Positions 9,734 through 17,522 of a stretch of DNA of 64,000 nt are shown here, piece after piece. The notes beneath the pieces are model-generated. The model saw only the letters and a list, made by a program, of their open reading frames with translations. It did not search any database and was not told the origin of the DNA. The stretch is from NCBI GenBank assembly GCA_965248355.1, contig OZ252098.1, forward strand, positions 5,216,001 through 5,280,000, written 5' to 3'. A program made the position numbers and the translations under genes. The stretch comes from Candidatus Latescibacterota bacterium (lineage in GTDB: Bacteria; Latescibacterota; UBA2968; UBA8231). The first letter of the stretch is position 1. Each line of letters begins with the position of its first letter.

Positions 9734-10599
9734 TGGTGGACAAACGATACCTGCTCGGCTCGAAACAGATGGCCGAGTTCGTGGCCCGCGGCGTTCTGCA
9801 GTTCGACGAGATCGTGCCGGAGGAGATCAACCAGGCCGTGATCGCCGAGATCGACGGCGACGGCATCGCCAGCCAGCCGGCGGGCACGCCGCTGTCGAAG
9901 TGCTATCCCCAGCCATCCCCCATCGGGCGCATGCTCAGGATGCCCCAGATCCACGGGATCGTCCACAGCCTGGTCGGCCCCGACCCCCTCTTCGACCACC
10001 AGGCCGTCCACGTCCGTCAGCCCAGGGAGGGCCACGCCCAGGGCCTGCACGGCGACTCGATCATCGACACGCGCATGCACTTCGACATCCAGCTCATGTA
10101 CTTCCCGCACGACGTGCCCCTGGAGATGGGCGGCACCATGCTGCTGCCGGGAAGCCACTTCCGTCGCGTCAACGAGCTCGACGTGGGCCGCTACCAGAAC
10201 TTCCTCGGCCAGCTGCCGATGGTCTGCAAGGCCGGGACCCTGGCCGTCGTCCACCACGGCATCTGGCACTGCGGCCGGCAGAACAAGACCGACCGCGTCC
10301 GCTACATGTTCAAGATCCGCCTCAACCCCGCGGTGCGGCAGCTGCGGCTGTGGAACACCAACGACCTGGAGCAGGGCGGCGGCCCCGAGATCATCTACGG
10401 CGGGTCGAGCCACGGCGACGCGGGGGTCGCCACGATCCTCAACAGCCAGGAGCCCTGGTTCGAGGCCGCCGACGGACGCCTGGAGATCGTCAACCGGATC
10501 AAGCTCTGGCGCTTCCTCACGGGGGACGACAACTTCGACGCCCACTACTGGCTGACCAGGCTCGAGAACATGCCGGAGAACCGGGTCGAAGCGGCCTGA
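9733..10599 (+). CDS. Phytanoyl-CoA dioxygenase (PhyH) family Fe(II)/2OG oxygenase
   Basis: LHGD (HxD), GGTMLLPGSH, IWHCG (distal His), R-Y-M-F-K. Confidence 0.85.
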   Translation: MVDKRYLLGSKQMAEFVARGVLQFDEIVPEEINQAVIAEIDGDGIASQPAGTPLSKCYPQPSPIGRMLRMPQIHGIVHSLVGPDPLFDHQAVHVRQPREGHAQGLHGDSIIDTRMHFDIQLMYFPHDVPLEMGGTMLLPGSHFRRVNELDVGRYQNFLGQLPMVCKAGTLAVVHHGIWHCGRQNKTDRVRYMFKIRLNPAVRQLRLWNTNDLEQGGGPEIIYGGSSHGDAGVATILNSQEPWFEAADGRLEIVNRIKLWRFLTGDDNFDAHYWLTRLENMPENRVEAA

Positions 10600-10654
10600 G
10601 GACTTCACCCGCGACCGGGGTCCGCCTCGGTCCCGCCCAGGCGCGCAGGGCTTC

Positions 10655-11857
10655 TTGAAGAAGTCCACGCTCGTCATCCTGGTCAGCGCGGTCATCGTCG
10701 CCGTCTCCATGGGGGCGCGGCAGTCCTTCGGCCTGTTCCTGCAGCCGGTGACGGAAGCGCTGTCGACGGGCCGGGAGACCTTCAGCCTCGCCATGGCCCT
10801 GCAGAACATCCTCTTCGGGCTGCCGATCGCCGGGATCCTCGCCGACCGCATCGGCCCGCGCCGGGTGGTGGCCGGGGGAGCCCTCCTGTACGCCGCCGGC
10901 TTCGCCCTCCTCGCCGTCGCCAGCACCCCCTGGCTCACCTTCCTCTCCCTCGGGGCCCTGGTCGGTCTCGCTCTCAGCGCCACGTCCTACGTCGTCCTTC
11001 TCGGCGCCGTGGCCCGCGTCGTACCTGCGAAGAAGAGAGCCGCCTCCTTCGGCATCGTGACCGCGGCCGGCTCCTTCGGCACCTTCGCCATCGTCCCGTT
11101 GATCCAGTGGCTGATCAACACCCTGTCCTGGCAGGCTACCTTGTTGTACGGCGCCGCCGTCGTCGCGGCCATCGCCCCCTTCGCCCTCGGATTCCCGCCG
11201 GCATCGGAAGCTCCCGAGGGCACCCGCGCCTCCGACCTGGAGAATGACTTCTCCCGACTCCTGTCACGGGCGAGCCGGCATTCGGGCTACCTGCTGCTCA
11301 ACGCCGGATTCTTCGTCTGCGGCTTCCACGTCGCCTTCATAGCCACCCACCTGCCGGCCTACCTCGGCGACCACGGGCTCCCCGAGATGGTCGCGGCCAC
11401 GGCCCTCGCCCTGGTCGGGCTGTTCAACATGGGGGGATCCTGGCTCTTCGGCCGGCTCGGCGACCGCTACCGCAAGAAGTACCTGCTCAGCTTCCTCTAC
11501 ATCGCGCGGGCCCTCGTCATCAGCGGTTTCCTGGTCGTGCCCGTCACCACCGCCACCGCCCTAATCTTCGCCTGCGCCATCGGCTTCCTCTGGCTGGCGA
11601 CCGTGCCCCTCACCAGCGGCATGGTGGCCCAGATCTTCGGACCGGCCAGGCTCTCGTCTCTCTACGGGATCGTCTTCTTCAGCCACCAGGTCGGCGGCTT
11701 CCTCGGGGTCTGGCTCGGGGGCCGCATCTACGACGCCACCGGGTCGTACGATGCCGTCTGGGTCGGGGCCATCGTTCTGGGGGTCGCAGCCGCGGTCGTC
11801 CACCTGCCGATCAAGGACATGGCTCTGGGGGAGGTGCCGGAACCTGCCTCGGCCTGA
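10655..11857 (+). CDS. MFS transporter (OFA/MCT-like)
   Basis: About 12 TM segments; GILADRIGPRR and GRLGDRYRKK motif-A copies; TTG start. Confidence 0.9.
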   Translation: MKKSTLVILVSAVIVAVSMGARQSFGLFLQPVTEALSTGRETFSLAMALQNILFGLPIAGILADRIGPRRVVAGGALLYAAGFALLAVASTPWLTFLSLGALVGLALSATSYVVLLGAVARVVPAKKRAASFGIVTAAGSFGTFAIVPLIQWLINTLSWQATLLYGAAVVAAIAPFALGFPPASEAPEGTRASDLENDFSRLLSRASRHSGYLLLNAGFFVCGFHVAFIATHLPAYLGDHGLPEMVAATALALVGLFNMGGSWLFGRLGDRYRKKYLLSFLYIARALVISGFLVVPVTTATALIFACAIGFLWLATVPLTSGMVAQIFGPARLSSLYGIVFFSHQVGGFLGVWLGGRIYDATGSYDAVWVGAIVLGVAAAVVHLPIKDMALGEVPEPASA

Positions 11858-11860
11858 GCA

Positions 11861-11955
11861 GCCGGAAGTGTGCCCGGCCCGGCCTCTACCCTGCCCCCGT
11901 GTCCGTCTCCGTCGCGCCCAGCCGCTCCGCGACCCGCGTGAACTGCTCCAGCGCC
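11861..11955. repeat. Diverged direct-repeat copy of the hsdM 3' end and downstream flank
   Basis: gccggaag...ggcctctaccct...gcccagccgctccgcga.ccgcgtgaactgctccagcgcc matches 12426-12521. On the - strand it reads ALEQFTRVAERLGATETDTGAG* versus HsdM ALEQFTRIAERLGEAEAEPGRG*. Confidence 0.85.
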
Positions 11956-12004
11956 TCCAGAGCCTCACAGATTGCCAGACAGCCCACAGGGGCGACAGAG
12001 ATGG

Positions 12005-12325
12005 TCATTCGCTTCTCCCCTGTTCGCTTATCCCCATATCAGCCCATTCCTTAACGGAGAATTGGTCCGTTCTCGGAGGAGTCCGCAGTAGCCGCCTTCT
12101 TGATATTCCCCTTACGGCTTCTTCTACAGCCTCTACGCTATGCCCGGTATCCGCTGCTATCTTCTTCTTGTGAGGAAAGGGCTTTCCCTCAGCGTCCTGC
12201 TGCTTGAGAAGCTCCAGAACCTTTTCCGTCAAATCCTCTGCTTCCGTCATATCCTGTGCGTCTCCCTCCTTCTCCTCTGCGTCCTGCTGCTTGAAGAGCC
12301 GCAAGAATCTCTCAATCAAACCCAT
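12005..12325 (-). CDS. Low-GC hypothetical protein, possible winged-HTH C-terminus
   Basis: GGAGG RBS; visibly AT-richer than its flanks; internal repeat LFKQQDAE/LLKQQDAE; KIAADTGHSVEAVEEAVRGI is HTH-like. Confidence 0.6.
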   Translation of the reverse strand: MGLIERFLRLFKQQDAEEKEGDAQDMTEAEDLTEKVLELLKQQDAEGKPFPHKKKIAADTGHSVEAVEEAVRGISRRRLLRTPPRTDQFSVKEWADMGISEQGRSE

Positions 12326-12425
12326 TGGGTAAGCCTCCCTTTCCGTTTACGAAGCTACTTCAAACTCCTCTAAGGCTTCGGTAGCCGCCTCCAGCCGTGC
12401 CTGCCAGTTGCTGGTGACGCGCAAG

Positions 12426-12521
12426 GCCGGAAGCGGGCCCGGGCCCGGCCTCTACCCTCGCCCCGGTTCCGCCTCCGCCTCGCCCAGCCGCTCCGCGATC
12501 CGCGTGAACTGCTCCAGCGCC
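12426..12521. repeat. Direct-repeat copy at the functional hsdM 3' end
   Basis: Homologous to 11861-11955. Confidence 0.85.
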
Positions 12522-13957
12522 GCCTCGAGGTCGTCGGCGATCTCGGCGGCGATGACGTCGGGGGCCGGCAGCGAGTCGGTGTCGGTCAGGCTCTCGTCCC
12601 TGATCCAGAACAGGTCGAGGCTCAGCTTGTCCCGCTTCTGCAGCTCGTCGTAGTCGTAGCAGCGCCAGCGGCCGTCCGGGTTGTCCTCGCTCCAGGTCTC
12701 GGCGCGCTCGTGCAGGCGGCCGGGCTTGTAGCACTCGACGAAGTCGTCGAAGTCCTCCCGCCGGATCGGCTTCTGCTTCAGCGTGAAGTGCAGGTTGGTG
12801 CGCAGGTCGTAGATCCACAGGCGGTCGGTCCAGGCCTCGGCCCGGCCCTCCTTCTTGTCGAAGAACACCACGTTGGCCTTGACGCCGGGCGAGTACCAGA
12901 TGCCGGTGGGCAGGCGCAGCAGGGTGTGGACGCGGCACTTCTCCAGCAGGTTGCGCCGCACCCTTTCTCCCGCACCGCCCTCGAAGAGCACGTTGTCCGG
13001 CAGCACCACGGCGGCGCGGCCGTCGATCGTCAGCAGACTGTAGATGTGCTGCACGAAGTTGAGTTGCTTGTTGCTGGTGGAGGTCCAGAAATCCTCGCGC
13101 ACGACGACCGAGTCCTCCTTCTCCGTGTCGCCCTCCTCGTTCACGAAGAGCAGGCTCTGCTTCTTACCGAAGGGCGGATTGGCGAGGACCATCGAGTACT
13201 CGCGGCCCCACGGTGCGGAGAGGCTGTCGTGGCCGGTATGCACGACCACTTCCTCGCCGCCGATGCCGTGCAGGTAGAGGTTCATGGCGCACATGCGGCC
13301 GACCTTGGCCGAGATCTCCATGCCCTCCACCAGATCGGTCTGGAGAGCCCGCTTCTCGTCGCCGTCGAGGCCGCTCTCGTACCGGTCCAACACGTACTGG
13401 TAGGCGTTGCACAGGAAGCCGCCGGTGCCCGCCGCCGGATCGCAGATACGGTCCCCGGGCGCCGGCTGCATGACCTCGCACATGGCCTGGATGACCGGGC
13501 GCGGGGTGAAGTACTGGCCGGCGCCGCGCGAGGACTCCTGCGCCGAACGGGAGAGCAGTTCCTCGTAGATCGTGCCCTTCACATCCACCGGCAGCGACAG
13601 CCAGTCCACCTGATCGAGGAGGTTGGCGATTAGCTGCTTCAGGCGCGCCGGGTTGCGGATCTCGCAGCGCGCGCCCCTGAAGATGACCCCGAGCATTCCG
13701 CGCTCGGCCCCCAGCGTCTCCAGGCTCTTGCGGTACTGGTCCTCCAAGGCCGCGCCGTCGAGCGGCAGCAGCGCCTTCCACCCAAGCTCCGGGGGAACGA
13801 GCGTTTCGCGCTCGTAGGGCGGCTCGGTGAGCTGGTCCGCCATCTTGAGGAAGAGCAGCAGGGTGAGCTGCTCGACGTACTCGAAGCAGGAGAGCCCGTC
13901 GTCCCGCAGGACGCCGGCGTAGTTCCAGGCCCGCTTGCCGATCTGGGAGGCGTCCAT
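12452..13957 (-). CDS. hsdM: Type I restriction-modification methyltransferase subunit M (N6-adenine)
   Basis: GQYFTPR, DPAAGTGGFL (motif I), ANPPFG (motif IV), LLRLPTGIW, YDLRTN. Confidence 0.95.
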   Translation of the reverse strand: MDASQIGKRAWNYAGVLRDDGLSCFEYVEQLTLLLFLKMADQLTEPPYERETLVPPELGWKALLPLDGAALEDQYRKSLETLGAERGMLGVIFRGARCEIRNPARLKQLIANLLDQVDWLSLPVDVKGTIYEELLSRSAQESSRGAGQYFTPRPVIQAMCEVMQPAPGDRICDPAAGTGGFLCNAYQYVLDRYESGLDGDEKRALQTDLVEGMEISAKVGRMCAMNLYLHGIGGEEVVVHTGHDSLSAPWGREYSMVLANPPFGKKQSLLFVNEEGDTEKEDSVVVREDFWTSTSNKQLNFVQHIYSLLTIDGRAAVVLPDNVLFEGGAGERVRRNLLEKCRVHTLLRLPTGIWYSPGVKANVVFFDKKEGRAEAWTDRLWIYDLRTNLHFTLKQKPIRREDFDDFVECYKPGRLHERAETWSEDNPDGRWRCYDYDELQKRDKLSLDLFWIRDESLTDTDSLPAPDVIAAEIADDLEAALEQFTRIAERLGEAEAEPGRG

Positions 13958-13964
13958 GCAGTGC

Positions 13965-14360
13965 TCAGGCCGTGAGGGCCAGTGGATGCCCGATGAGCTG
14001 CCGGTCCGTGGTGAGGAGCCTGAGATTCTCTTCCTGGGCCTGCACGAGGAGCAGCTCGTCGAAGGGATCTCTATGGGAGAGAGGGGTCTGCAGCTCGCAG
14101 GCGGCGTGACGCTCGGTCAGGGGCAGGAAGGTTATGTCCAGCCCCTCGAGAGCGGCGACCACCTCGCCGGGATCGAAGGGACTCTTGCGCTCCCCGGACG
14201 CCCGCAGAGCCCGGTACTTCAGCCGCATCTCCCAGATCGACACGGCGCTCACGTGCAGTTGCACCCCGTGCTCATCGAAGAACTGTCGCAGCTCATCCGA
14301 GAACCGTCCCTGGGCTTCCATAAGGCCATACAGGTAGAAAGTATCGAGGAGGACACGCAC
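13965..14360 (-). CDS. vapC: VapC/PIN-domain toxin
   Basis: MRVLLDT, SAVSIWE, HRDPFD, LLTTD: acidic PIN residues present. Confidence 0.9.
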   Translation of the reverse strand: MRVLLDTFYLYGLMEAQGRFSDELRQFFDEHGVQLHVSAVSIWEMRLKYRALRASGERKSPFDPGEVVAALEGLDITFLPLTERHAACELQTPLSHRDPFDELLLVQAQEENLRLLTTDRQLIGHPLALTA

Positions 14361-14374
14361 CGGCCGTCTCCCGC

Positions 14375-14656
14375 CTATTCCTCGTCCTCAAGTCCCAGCA
14401 CGCGGCGGCTGAGGGCAGAGTCGTGAAAGGCCGCCATCATCGCCTCCACTTCCTCCGGCGGCGCGTCCTTGATCCCGAGGCGGCGACGGTTGGCGTTCAG
14501 CCGGTCCCAGTCAAAACCGCGGCGCTGCTTCCGTTCACAGCGCACGAGTTGAACGGCCGGCTCGCCCTTCTTGGTTATGACCACCCGTTCGCCGTTCTCG
14601 GCTGCGGTGACCAACTCGGCGAGGCGGTCCTCCGCCTCGTGCAAGGCTAGTTCCAT
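14375..14656 (-). CDS. Phd/YefM family antitoxin, copy A (directly upstream of vapC)
   Basis: EA..RL.ELV.AAENGERVVITKKGEPAVQLV Phd signature; AGGAGG RBS. Confidence 0.9.
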   Translation of the reverse strand: MELALHEAEDRLAELVTAAENGERVVITKKGEPAVQLVRCERKQRRGFDWDRLNANRRRLGIKDAPPEEVEAMMAAFHDSALSRRVLGLEDEE

Positions 14657-14718
14657 GGTCCATCCTCCTGGATGTGTGATGGTGCAGTCGGGCCCTCGGA
14701 ATGCGCATGTCCGGCCGC

Positions 14719-15000
14719 CTATTCCTCGGCCTCAAGTCCCAGCACCCGGCGGCTGAGGGCGGAGTCGTGAAAGGCGGCTATCATCGCCTCGGCTTCTTCC
14801 GGAGGGGCGTCCTTGATCCCGAGTTCGCGACGGATGTCGTTCAGCCGGTCCCAGTCAAGACCACGGCGCTGGATTCGTTCACAGCGCACGAGTTGAACGG
14901 CCGGCTCGCCCTTCTTGGTTATGACCACCCGTTCGCCGTTCTCGGCTGCGGTGACCAACTCGGGGAGGCGGGTCTTCGCCTCGTGCAAGGGTAGTTCCAT
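14719..15000 (-). CDS. Phd/YefM family antitoxin, copy B (toxin lost)
   Basis: Tandem paralogue of copy A offset by 344 bp; HEAKTRLPELV. Confidence 0.9.
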   Translation of the reverse strand: MELPLHEAKTRLPELVTAAENGERVVITKKGEPAVQLVRCERIQRRGLDWDRLNDIRRELGIKDAPPEEAEAMIAAFHDSALSRRVLGLEAEE

Positions 15001-15042
15001 GGTCCATGTTCCTGAATGTGATGTCGGGTGCTGGTACGCTGC

Positions 15043-16737
15043 CTATTCCTCTTCCTCGAGTCCCAGCACTTGGCGGCTGAACGTCGGATCGTCGAATTCC
15101 TTGGGCCACCTCTCTTCGTCTCCCTTGGTTCCGAGACGACGGCGGTCGGTCTCCAGCTTCTCGAAGTCGATGCCGCCACGCCGTTGCGAAGTCCGGGAGC
15201 GACCCCGCCGCCGCGTCTTGCCGCCGGCCCTTGCTGACCGCTTGGCCGCGGCCGCGCTTCTTTCGCGTGCTTGCCGTTCCGAGGCGATGCGCTCCAGGAG
15301 GGTTGAGGCGGGTTCGTCGTTCGGATCCTGAGGCACGAGCTTGCCGCTGAAGGCGTGCTTCAGGATGGCTTGGCGGAGGGACTGGGCTCCATGCAGCTTG
15401 GCTTCGATGTCGGCTTCGAGGCGGTCTATGTTGGAGAACTGGCCTTCCACGGCTTCGACGATGGCAAGCTGTTCGGCAAAGGACGGCAGTGGTAGAGCCA
15501 GTGTGCGAAGGATTCGGTTGTTGATGTTCTTCTGGGCGGTTGCAGGTGCATAGACAGAAATCTGATCTCTCGCACTCTGGACAAAGAGTTCCACGTACTG
15601 CACTGAGACGAGCGATGGGTCAAAGAGGACCCCAACGATGCTGTCAGGAAAGCATGCTGGGTAGGCTAGAATGGCTGTCTCCGCAATGTTAGCTGCAATG
15701 GTTATGCACAACGTCTCTGTCGGCCAGAGGCGACTCTGCTTCAGGCCTTCCTCACTATAAGTCTGAGTATGCTGCCGAAGATACCGGTCGGCACCCCTTA
15801 TGTCTCCTGTCTGGACGAAAGGATAGGGTCCGCCATAGAGGAACTCTGCGTTCCGAGGTCGATGTCGCGACCGTCCACGGTCGAGCTTCCCCAGTTGATC
15901 CAAGGAGCCCCAGCACCACCCTTCCGGCAGCGGCGGGAGATCGGCGGTGTCAGGTGCGACCGGTTCCTTGTATCTGGTTTTCCAATTCTTCGGCGGCGTC
16001 TTCCCCTTCTCCTTGAACTTGCGGATCTGATCTTTCTCCCAGCGCCGGCGGCGCTCGACGAGAATCCGCTTCAGAAACTCCTCGGCGGGCTCGGCCGGTG
16101 GATTCCGCCGCCGCACCTCAGCGGTGAGCGATCCTTCGACCGCGGCCTTCAGCACCGAGGCGCGATAGAGTTTCAGCTGTTCTTGTGTCCGTTCCAGGGC
16201 CGCGACGCCGGCGTCGAGATCGGAGAACAACTCTTCAAGAGTATCTGCGATCCGAGTTTGTTCGCTTGCTGGGGCAAGCGGAAACCTGAAGTGGCGAAAC
16301 GTCTCTGCCCGGACGCGCATGAGAGAACCACCAACCCCGGAAGCATTGCCGGCGGCATAATCACGGACGATGTCCTGGCGTAGAAACCAAGCGAGGTAGC
16401 GTGGTTCGATCTGTGAGAGGGGGAAGAAAGGAATCCATTCGGTGGAGGCGACTTTGGGATAGTCAGAGTGAGCCCCTGTCACCCAGACTCGGTTGATGCG
16501 AGGGTTGATCTTGCATAGCAAGACCGTTCCGGACTCCACAGTTCGCTTGTTCGATCCAATAGTACTTCCCGGCGTGATTTCCGGCATGCCGTGCTCGTGG
16601 CTCGGGACACTGTAGAGTTCGAACATGGCATCAGGCGTCAGAGCAGGATTAACGCCTCGGGCAAGGTCCATCTGGACGGCGCCAAGTGTCGTTTCTGCCC
16701 AGCCCGGTGGGAGTTCTGACGTGTCCCATTCGTTCAC
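15043..16737 (-). CDS. hsdS: Type I RM specificity subunit S with C-terminal antitoxin-derived extension
   Basis: LPPGW-TRD1-EQTRIA...VLKAAVEGSLT...LPEGWCW-TRD2-EQLAIV...LRQAILKHAFSGKLVPQDPNDEPASTLLERI. The last 47 aa are homologous to the Phd C-terminal halves. GTG 16737 is the likely start; the ORF is open from 16785. Confidence 0.92.
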   Translation of the reverse strand: MNEWDTSELPPGWAETTLGAVQMDLARGVNPALTPDAMFELYSVPSHEHGMPEITPGSTIGSNKRTVESGTVLLCKINPRINRVWVTGAHSDYPKVASTEWIPFFPLSQIEPRYLAWFLRQDIVRDYAAGNASGVGGSLMRVRAETFRHFRFPLAPASEQTRIADTLEELFSDLDAGVAALERTQEQLKLYRASVLKAAVEGSLTAEVRRRNPPAEPAEEFLKRILVERRRRWEKDQIRKFKEKGKTPPKNWKTRYKEPVAPDTADLPPLPEGWCWGSLDQLGKLDRGRSRHRPRNAEFLYGGPYPFVQTGDIRGADRYLRQHTQTYSEEGLKQSRLWPTETLCITIAANIAETAILAYPACFPDSIVGVLFDPSLVSVQYVELFVQSARDQISVYAPATAQKNINNRILRTLALPLPSFAEQLAIVEAVEGQFSNIDRLEADIEAKLHGAQSLRQAILKHAFSGKLVPQDPNDEPASTLLERIASERQARERSAAAAKRSARAGGKTRRRGRSRTSQRRGGIDFEKLETDRRRLGTKGDEERWPKEFDDPTFSRQVLGLEEEE

Positions 16738-16821
16738 GCCGTCAACCTTTCCTTCAATCTCCTCACCAATCAGCTGACAACGCATATCGATCTGTCCGAA
16801 CCATGTGATCGGCGGTCAACT

Positions 16822-17442
16822 TCACGAAGCCGGTGGCAGATCGTCAAACCCGACTACGGAGGATGATATGGAGGCCCGTTCTCTGCCCGGGAGCGCCTGG
16901 CGGCGGCGCCCGCGGCGCGGATAGGCTTCGGCATACAGCGGCGCAGCCCTGATCTGCTTCTCGGTCAGCATCGGGTAGGCCGCCTGGATCTCGGCAACCG
17001 GGTCGCCGTTGGCGAGCATGGCGGCGATGTCGTGGATCGGGATGCGCGTGCCCATGAAGCAGGGCGCGCCTCCAAGCACACGGTCGTCGACCTCGGCCAT
17101 CTGCCTGGCCCGCGCCAGCCTGGCGACGCCGCGACGCACGTCCTCCGCCAGCGCCCGCACATCGAGCGAAAGGGCTTCGTCACGCACGGCCTCCGCTGCC
17201 GGCTCGTCGAGCAGACACCGGATGAGGCGGCGGCGCCCTTCCCGCGTCAGGACAGGCCCCATCTGATAGGCCAGCTTCAGCCCCACGAGGCCGGCGCCGA
17301 GAACGACGCGCGCGCCGTTGCGGGTCTCGACCGCATCCGCCAGCAGACCCGCGTCGATGATGCGGTGCACCTGCTTCAGGGGGACACCGGTGACGCAGGC
17401 CGCCTCGTTCGCGGACCAAGAGTGCTTATATGTTTCCACCAT
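16822..17442 (-). CDS. HTH + DUF433 domain protein (VapB45-type antitoxin), toxin partner absent
   Basis: VLGGAPCFMGTRIPIHDIAAMLANGDPVAEIQAAYPMLTEKQIRAA is the DUF433 signature; MerR-like N-terminus EAACVTGVPLKQVHRIID. Confidence 0.85.
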   Translation of the reverse strand: MVETYKHSWSANEAACVTGVPLKQVHRIIDAGLLADAVETRNGARVVLGAGLVGLKLAYQMGPVLTREGRRRLIRCLLDEPAAEAVRDEALSLDVRALAEDVRRGVARLARARQMAEVDDRVLGGAPCFMGTRIPIHDIAAMLANGDPVAEIQAAYPMLTEKQIRAAPLYAEAYPRRGRRRQALPGRERASISSSVVGFDDLPPAS

Positions 17443-17451
17443 AGTGGAAGG

Positions 17452-17480
17452 ATTATACCCCGCCGGAAGGCAGCCGGCAA
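17452..17480 (-). promoter_or_regulatory. Sigma70-type promoter for the DUF433-hsdS-phd-phd-vapC-hsdM unit
   Basis: On - strand TTGCCG-N17-TATAAT. The -10 box ends 9 nt before ATG 17442, implying a near-leaderless transcript. Confidence 0.7.
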
Positions 17481-17522
17481 GGTGCCATCACCCGTGGACC
17501 TGCGGTGCGCTTGACCGGGCCC

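Noticed and set aside
14670..16810. ATGTGAT-like motif recurring at about 14672, 15016 and 16803 as a cassette junction
   Set aside because: Only 7 bp, and two of the copies are explained by the antitoxin duplication; too weak to claim.
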